DNA of 63,782 nucleotides, filler included, from Choristocarpus tenellus KU-1152 (lineage: Eukaryota; Protista; Phaeophyceae): assembly GCA_964200185.2 (NCBI GenBank). It is 13 parts of 13 records of this genome, joined end to end, with 100 filler letters (N's around TTAATTAATTAA, not from the genome) between each part and the next. Parts side by side here need not be neighbours in the genome. Positions count along the whole stretch, not along the records: positions 55,936 to 59,170 come from CAXNAD020021347.1; positions 59,271 to 63,782 come from CAXNAD020014216.1; 11 more parts are not named here. One strand, given 5' to 3'. The notes below the pieces were generated by a model, which had not been told where the DNA came from, searched no databases, and worked only from the letters and a program-made list of their open reading frames with translations. Below are positions 56,646-63,782 of this stretch, piece by piece (the stretch's first letter is position 1; each line of letters begins with the position of its first letter). Made by a program: the position numbers and the translations under genes.

Positions 56646-58092
56646 GTCTCAATGCAAGTGAAGAAGCAGGCGCAGCAGGAGGTGGAAGTGTTTGAGGGTC
56701 CTATTCTCGAGTACGGGCGAATGACAACGGCGCTTAAGACCTCTCTGAACAAGCGTCATGAGAAGAAGATAACCTACCTCACCGCTGCACACGACCTTGA
56801 GGCGAAGCGTGCTCACCTGGGTCGGGTGGCAGGAGTAGCTGCTGAGAGGCCGGAGCGAGTGGCAGCGGCGGAGGATGGGGTTGCCCAGGCAGATGCGGCA
56901 CTGGATTCTGGGCGTTCGGAATTTGAGGCCGTTTCGTCCAGGGCGGTGCAAGAGTTTGTTCGTTTCCGGAAGGAGAAGGCGCATGACATGAAGAAGATTA
57001 TCCTCGACTATGTGAATGTCCAGGTCTGTTTTTTTTTCTTTCCTTTTTGTTGTTGTTGTTGTTGTTGTGTGTGTGTGTGTGTGTGTGTCCACATTACTCA
57101 GGGAGTTGAGAGGGTAGGGTATGTATGTGTGAAAGGTAGGCTTTGTACCGATGTTGTTTGTAGGTGCATTTTTGGTATAGTGCGAAGAGGTGGCGTTTTC
57201 TTCCATTTCTTGTTCAGTGTTGTTATTTTTTTGTTGTTGGGGGTTTTTGTCTTGTCAGTAGTTGGGTTTTGGTGATGAGGGGTAAGGGTTGGATAGGGTA
57301 GGGTAGGATGGGCGGAATGTGGAGGTGGGACGATGGGAGGAGGGAGGAGGGGGGGCTGAGTTGGGTGTTAGGTGTGAATGTTTTGTGATAGGTGGTTTGT
57401 GGGGTGAGATGTTTTACACTAGGTGTTGTTTCATTTGTCGCCTTTCTGATGCTGCTACTTGAGAGTTATGACTTTTAAAACGAAAATAGAATGTTTTGTT
57501 TTTCCAAAACTGGCACATGTGTGTTGGAGGGATGTTGGATGGATGTTGGATGTGTGTGGTCGTTGTACCTTGGTGAGGTGATTTTATTTTCATGTCTGCC
57601 TAATGGTGATGGAACGTATATTATCTAGAAAGGTGTTGAAAAACTTATTGAAGAGAGAGTAGGTAAAAATATGATACATAAATATGAATGCTGTGTACGA
57701 TGGTGAAGAGTGGAAGATGGCACTTTTCTGATTGAACATGAGGAAGTAATTGGAAGATCTGGGCCTATCTCAGGTGAAATTTGTTCTTTCGTTGGTCTTG
57801 CATAAGGTAGAGGGGGAAAATATGAAATTCTGTGAAAGCAAAGGGCTTGGGTGTTTTGTTCTGTCGCCCTCATCACCCACCTACCTACCCACTCTCTCAC
57901 CATGGCAAAAACTTGATGTTTTGGACACTCTTATCCATGGGCATCTTTATCTGTTCACAGGTGGAGGCTACTAAGAAGCAGGAGGAGGCATGGCAAGCGC
58001 TCATACCTCAGATCGAAGCCATGGAGCTTGACACGAGTGCTGGTGGAGCTGGGGGGGGTTCTTCCACTCCTAATGACATGGTCGGGGTGTAA
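56646..58092 (+). CDS. Sorting nexin (SNX1/2-Vps5 type) BAR domain, last two exons
   Basis: Exons 56646-57023 and 57961-58092. Helical EYGRM...KR...EFVRFRKEKAHDMKKIILDYVNVQ|VEATKKQEEAWQALIP, typical of a Vps5 C-terminus. Confidence 0.8.
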
Positions 58093-59709
58093 CTCCTACC
58101 TTAGGCTTGTCCCAACCCCCACCAAGACAAGACCTCTTCCTTTTCTGCACAATACTCTTACTTCCACTATCTAATGTTGTTATCCTTGAGGTGAACTTTG
58201 ATGTAGTTTATATGTCTACATTCCATGAGGGGTGGATGTGTATTTCCAAGATGTGGGGAGGGGCTAGTTTATTTTATACACCTGCTTGGCCTGGCCTGGC
58301 CACCTAGTCTCCTTTCCTCTGTGTGAAGGGTAATAGTTGAGGGTAAGAAGCCCGGCCAATTGATCAAAATTCTTCCTTGCTTGGCCACTCCAAAGAGGAA
58401 GGCACTTGAAGTGGGTACAGTAAGTGGTGGAAAGGCATGGACAGGGGGAGGGGGGAGGTAAGTTGACTTAGTTTTCTACGTGTGTGCAAACTCCAAGTGT
58501 ACTGCTGCTGTTAGTTTGAAGGGTGGTAGGTGGAAGGAGAGGGTGTTGGTCCCATTTGGGGTGGGTGGGTGGGCCAAGGAGGCTTTTTTTGAGGGGCATC
58601 ACCTTTGTTGCACTGTTTCAATTGAACAGGGAGCTGGGTAAGCTAGTGTATATAGCCCATTTCCCTCATCCTACTGGAACTCCAGTGCAGTGCTGTGATC
58701 CAGTTTGCCTTGTTTTTGCATCAGAGTACAAAAGTGCAATACTTGGAGGTGCCTGAACTATGTGGGGGTGACTGTGGTCAGATCAACCCTGGAACACAAT
58801 ATCATCCCTCTCTACTGTGAGGATAAGAAACTTGATGCCTCCTGTTGTGCCCACAATTTACCTCCCATTGGTCCTTTGTTGACTGGTTCTCGACTAGTTT
58901 TCTGTTCCTGTGAGGTCTGCAGTGTGGGTTGGGGGTAGGATCGCTCTCTGGGCCTAGTTGTGCAGTCTGAGGCCTGTGTCTAACCTTTTTTTTGCCTGGG
59001 TGGCCTCATGTGTTGTTTCTCTAGCTGGAAGTGCCTCTGCTCATCTTGCTGTCTATTTCCGTGTTTGTCTTGTCACCTGGTCTGCGTTTGGATTGCATTT
59101 TTGTGTCCTCCCTGTGAAAACAAAGCTAGACAGTGGAGGTATTGTGTTGCCCTGAGTGAGAGGCAGGGGGNNNNNNNNNNNNNNNNNNNNNNNNNNNNNN
59201 NNNNNNNNNNNNNNTTAATTAATTAANNNNNNNNNNNNNNNNNNNNNNNNNNNNNNNNNNNNNNNNNNNNTCAAAATTGCAACATTGGATTTTGACCCCC
59301 AAATGGACGCGGCTCTACCCTCTGAGATACTTTGGCTCACTTATTCTGTGCCCATGGGGGGTTAGGGGGATCCTCAGTGGGGTGCAGGTACATACCTTGC
59401 CCATCTTTGAGGATGTATTACCACTTCTTGTCCACATGCACCCGACCGTATAGATCGTCCACTAATACCCCACTTCCCCTCTCCCGTGTGTGTGACTAAT
59501 GACGAAACCCACCCTGTTGACTTTCTGCTGGTCTGAGAGGACTGGCTTAATCCACCCTTTGACCATCTTCACCTTCTCGCGCTTGCACAGGTCCCACAAT
59601 GAGTCAAAGGAGACCCCAGCTTTGGCCACCCACTTACGGAAGAATGTGCGATGTACCAATGTGATATCCCAAACGTCGAGGATACTTGTATGGCGGCATA
59701 TCTCCTCTT

Positions 59710-59946
59710 GAGTGAAGTATCTTAGAGGGTACGAGTTTTTCACTGTCCATTAAGTCTTGGCTTTCCACGGGTTATTATTGACATTTTACCTACTCCAAAA
59801 TGTTTCGGAATAGGTAAAATGTGTATGTTATGAAAAGGTGTGTCCAGAACAAGGATATTGACGATAGTCAAAATTACATCAAAATTGGAACATTGGATTT
59901 TGAACCCCAAATGAACGCGGCTATACCCTCTAAGATACTTTGACTC
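59710..59946. mobile_element. MITE family A inserted in mariner ORF
   Basis: GAGTGAAGTATCTTAGAGGGTA...TACCCTCTAAGATACTTTGACTC; TCTT on both sides. Confidence 0.85.
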
Positions 59947-60021
59947 TCTTGCAACATCGTACAAGGTCAATGCATTCACCCCTTGCCATCAGGTTGTCAT
60001 AGTCCTTCAGGGGACGGAACA

Positions 60022-60412
60022 TGTGCAATATAGGCTGATAGTCTATATGGTTTATAGGTGTTTAGTGAACACTACTGGATAGCAGGAATGCTGGCTAAGT
60101 GGAACAAGTGTCATTGACTTGCGTTTGTGTGCGTAAATTACTGCGATCGAATATCAGATGATCGATTTCTTATTACTTGATATAAATGGACTGATGGAGG
60201 AGTTCTGACATAGTACTAGCTACACAGGATAAGCGACATAGTACGATGTAACGCCATGACACGTTTTGATGTGTCAGCTGTGATATAGGTAATAAACAAT
60301 AAGATAATATGAGAGTGCACCCCCACCACCGAGGGCTGTGCTCACTCCGCTAATAAACATATCCATACCACACAAAGCAAATTACTCTACTTGAGTAGTT
60401 CTCTTTTGCATA
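60022..60412 (+). mobile_element. Solo LTR of the copia family at 18018
   Basis: Homologous to 18018-18411; 5-bp TSD GAACA at 60017-60021 and 60413-60417. Confidence 0.9.
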
Positions 60413-61491
60413 GAACATGGTGATTCCGGAAATTCTGAAGTCCTCCGCAATGGCTGCGGCCGTCCCCCGAGGCATCCGAGTCTCGCGCCCTCTCGCCTCC
60501 AGGCATCGCGCTATTATGCTGTTCTTCGTTGGGGTGTTTGAATCTGGACCCCGGACAGACTTCTGAGCTGAGGAATTGAGACTGGTGGGCGACGATGGGG
60601 TGAGCGAGCCGCTTGAACGACGGGGGTGTTCGTCCTAGGCATCTCATCCCAATAAACAACCGCTTTGATAGTTTCATGAGGTTTTTGAACCGCGTCAAAT
60701 GCGACTTAGTCGATTCTGCACTGGTGATCCTCCACAGTCATGACAGCCCACCATACCAAAATTTGCACGCCTCCCAATCTATATGAGGAATTAAGCCTCA
60801 TCCATAGTTTTATAGGGTTTATGATGTGAGTTTTTAGACCAAATTGGAACTGACAAAAGTTATCTTACATTTAATTCCGAACGAAGCAGTCAGTATCAAA
60901 TGAATACAAAATACTATTTTATTTTTTTCCTAGTTGCTACTATTATATTGTTTAGAATTATGTGAGTAGGAGGGTAGGAGTATTAGTTGGTGTATAATGT
61001 AGGTTATGTACGACTTAACATGGGTAGACAGGTACTATTAACTTTGTAAACAGACGGAACCAAGGAGGGACCTATTTAAAATATGTTTTACGATAACTGA
61101 ACGAGACTATGGATATTGGCTCTACATCACGTCAAGTCTCCAACTAAACTGTTTCCCAAATGGGACCACTCTCTCTCGTCAACTACTCCAAATAAAATGA
61201 AAAGCAAAATCCTGTAATGCTCTCTCTCAATAAATAATTATGGATGGGATGGATATCCAACCCTGTTGATATTGAAATAATGAGGAAAGTAGGAACGGAT
61301 GAAAGAGGAAGTAGAAAAATACCACTGCTTGACACATCTCAAAGCTCACGCTTATTTGAAGACCTCACCGCCCACGAATGGGGATGGTTGGACATCTCAC
61401 ACCAAAACTAATCTAGCTTTACGTTGGTTGCTTGTTGTCATCTATCCGCTATCAGTTACTTTCTGTGTTTTCCACCTAATTTGAGGGGACT

Positions 61492-63138
61492 ATGTGCGAT
61501 AACTGGATCGCATTGGTCTTGTTTGGAATTTCTTTCGTCCATGCTATTCCCTTGAGGGATGACCTTGGATCGATGGAGATGGAGATAGGGACAAAATCGG
61601 TCCTTGCTCAGAGGTAGGATATATGAGAGGGGACATTTGTGGGTACAACGGATGCTGCGATATACTTAAGGGTACTTACTGCGTGTAGTAGTTGTGTGGA
61701 TTGTTAATCGTTTTCCTTGCAATTGCCCGTGCTCGTATCTCATTTTGTGGATAGCTACTTCAATCAAGGACTACGTTGGACATCAACGTTCAAGTTTGAC
61801 TTCGCCGCAGAGAGTCAACAAGCTGCTCTGGAGGCAGATCCATCTTGTGCCATGTGCTTTTGGGGACTTGCCTTGGCTTACGGGCAAAACCTAAATGATG
61901 CTGTCGTAATGACCCTCGAACCCGAATTCCTGGCCAATGAACCTCTAGCCTATGATGCAATTACCAAGGCAGCGAAACTCATCAACGCAACAGACTACCC
62001 TGCATCGCTATCCAAAGAGAGAGACACTGCACTGATTAATGCGATGACTCTCAGAATGTCTCGGACACTCGAGAAGTATAAGTCACTCTTCGTGGATGGT
62101 CTCCCAAAATCACTCAACCAGGCCTATGCTGAGGCCATGACGACTGTTGCGGAGAGAGCTGTTGCGGAGAGTTGGCCAGCGACTGATATCGTGAGGACCC
62201 TGGCCGCAGACTCCTTAATGGGGCTCTCACCGTGGGACTACTGGGTGGACCCGGATACCCAGAGGCCGAATGCTATGGCAGCAAGGGTCCTGCTGGAGGC
62301 TGCTATGACCGAGAACCCAGAAAACCCCTGGGCGATACACTTGTACACGCATCTGATGGAGGCGGGCTCAGAAGCAGGTCTGGCCGTTCCCCACGCCAAG
62401 CGTCTCAAAGATCTCGTTCCCGGGGCGGCCCACCTTCAGGTGAGATGGCGAACATTTGTGTTGGTCGTTACATTAGGAGGGTGTGGGCTTTGTGAGGTGA
62501 GCACGAATCGTTTGATTGACCGGATTGTTGTTAGTTAACACTACTGAACCGTCATTTAGATATCTTCCCAGTGCATGCCAAGTTCAGGAGTTGGGAGCAC
62601 TTTGCTCTCTTGATGACTACCATGGCCAGGTCCACCTTGAAGCACAAACGCTTTGTGCTGTGCATGTGTTGTGCTTCGTCCCAAAAAGTACTATTTCCAC
62701 TCCCTGGAGTAGATGTGGACTTGATGCCCCAGACTTCAGGTCGCCAAGTCAAGTTTTTTTTTTTACCTTGCAGATGTGCCTTCTTTGTAGTCTGCGCATG
62801 TATATAACCCTAGTTTCTCCATAAAATCATGCTGCACAAAGCCTGACCTTGCAGATTTGACTGTGAACGTCCAAAATACAACTTTTAGTCCTTCAAGTCC
62901 AAGGGGACAAAGTCTTTAGGTTACAGCAAGCTTGTAGATTATGTGAAAATTGTGGATAGAGATCAGATGTCCACATCATGACCTACTGCCTTCTCCCTCT
63001 TGCTGAATGGCAGCATATGCCATCTCATGTTGAGTTCAGAACAGGCTTGTGGCATGACGCCAGTGCAGCAAACATGCGTGCAATTGCTCTCCCTGACAAA
63101 GATGCCAGTTACCCAGATCACAACATGGATATGCTTAT
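61492..63138 (+). CDS. Secreted TPR-like protein of the bacterial/fungal 'HMPSH' family, 3' incomplete
   Basis: Exons 61492-61613, 61755-62439, 63014-63138. Signal peptide MCDNWIALVLFGISFVHA. AQSYFNQGL, DPSCAMCFWGLALAYG.N.N, AIHLYTHLME, PGAAHLQ|HMPSHV, YPDHN. Confidence 0.82.
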
Positions 63139-63246
63139 GTAAGCGGTTCTTTTCTGAATTTCTTTTTATAGCTTTCAAGAATATTTTTTGTGTCTGATTC
63201 CTCTCCTCATGCTTTGTTGTCTTATGATGTGCTTATCAGAGACCTT

Positions 63247-63469
63247 GAGGCAAAAGTAAACGAGAGGGACCCAGGTTTTGGCCGTTTCATACTTGAAATC
63301 TGTTTTTCGATCTTTTGCAATTCACTCATAATTATATGGTCGAGGTTTAAAGTTGGACTTGAGAGTGTTTGTTTCTTATTTGTTTGAAAACACTCCGACA
63401 CAATCCAGAGACTATCCTATACACGTTGTTACAATAGCTAGATTTTGCACATATTTGTTGCTTTGACTC
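63247..63469. mobile_element. MITE family C (diverged)
   Basis: GAGGCAAAAGTAAACGAGAGGGACCCAGG...CTTTGACTC. Confidence 0.55.
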
Positions 63470-63670
63470 TTTACTGTTTGATGTCATTTTGAGGAATGTG
63501 TAGCAGCAATAGACCAAAAACCTTCTTTGAATCATTGCATGTGCTATTAATAGTTAGCATCCATTGCACCTGGGTTGTTTAGGTTCGTGCACCACCTTGC
63601 TGCGTGATTACTTTGTCCCGGCTTTAAATCCTGACCCTGGGATGCATTGGTACTACCTAGGCCAACCTGA

Positions 63671-63673
<3 letters not shown>

Positions 63674-63729
<56 letters not shown>
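63674..63729 (+). repeat. Poly-C tract
   Basis: Long C homopolymer; similar C/G tracts at ~7902-7941, 8070-8107 and 25589-25639. Confidence 0.9.
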
Positions 63730-63782
63730 ACACTATACCTGCACAGGAATGCGTGGAGGGGAGGGGGGAGGGGAGGGAGAGG

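Larger units (their letters stand above)
59340..60890 (-). mobile_element. Degenerate plant-type mariner transposon interrupted by a MITE and a solo LTR
   Basis: Minus strand WIKPVLSDQQKVNRVGF...DLYGRVHVDKKW*Y (VHIDEKWFY motif); outer boundary approximate. Confidence 0.7.

Noticed and set aside
56649-57206. 185-aa minus-strand ORF
   Set aside because: Shadow of the sorting nexin exon plus microsatellites

Overview
This is not contiguous DNA. It is 13 short eukaryotic contigs joined by an artificial 100-nt spacer (44 N + TTAATTAATTAA + 44 N), so synteny is only meaningful within a contig. The genes are intron-rich with GT-AG introns. Gene content and structure suggest a stramenopile, possibly a brown-alga-like lineage (inference). 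I reconstructed spliced models with consistent intron phases. Complete: IMP4, prohibitin, RPS14 and a 145-aa secreted, GPI-signal, 10-cysteine protein ending in the Ly6/uPAR (three-finger) CCxxxxCN motif, which is the most striking item. Partial: an ITFG2-like FG-GAP protein, a thiolase, a THUMPD3-like tRNA methyltransferase (head-to-head with RPS14), a Nudix hydrolase, CDC14, a sorting nexin and a secreted TPR protein. The remainder is transposon-rich. It holds three MITE families with related G(A/G)-NN-CAAAGTA termini and 3-4 bp TSDs, a copia element with TG...TA LTRs (plus a solo LTR), and remnants of gypsy, DIRS/Ngaro, CRE-like and mariner elements. Strong CpG depletion in the decayed repeats suggests cytosine methylation.
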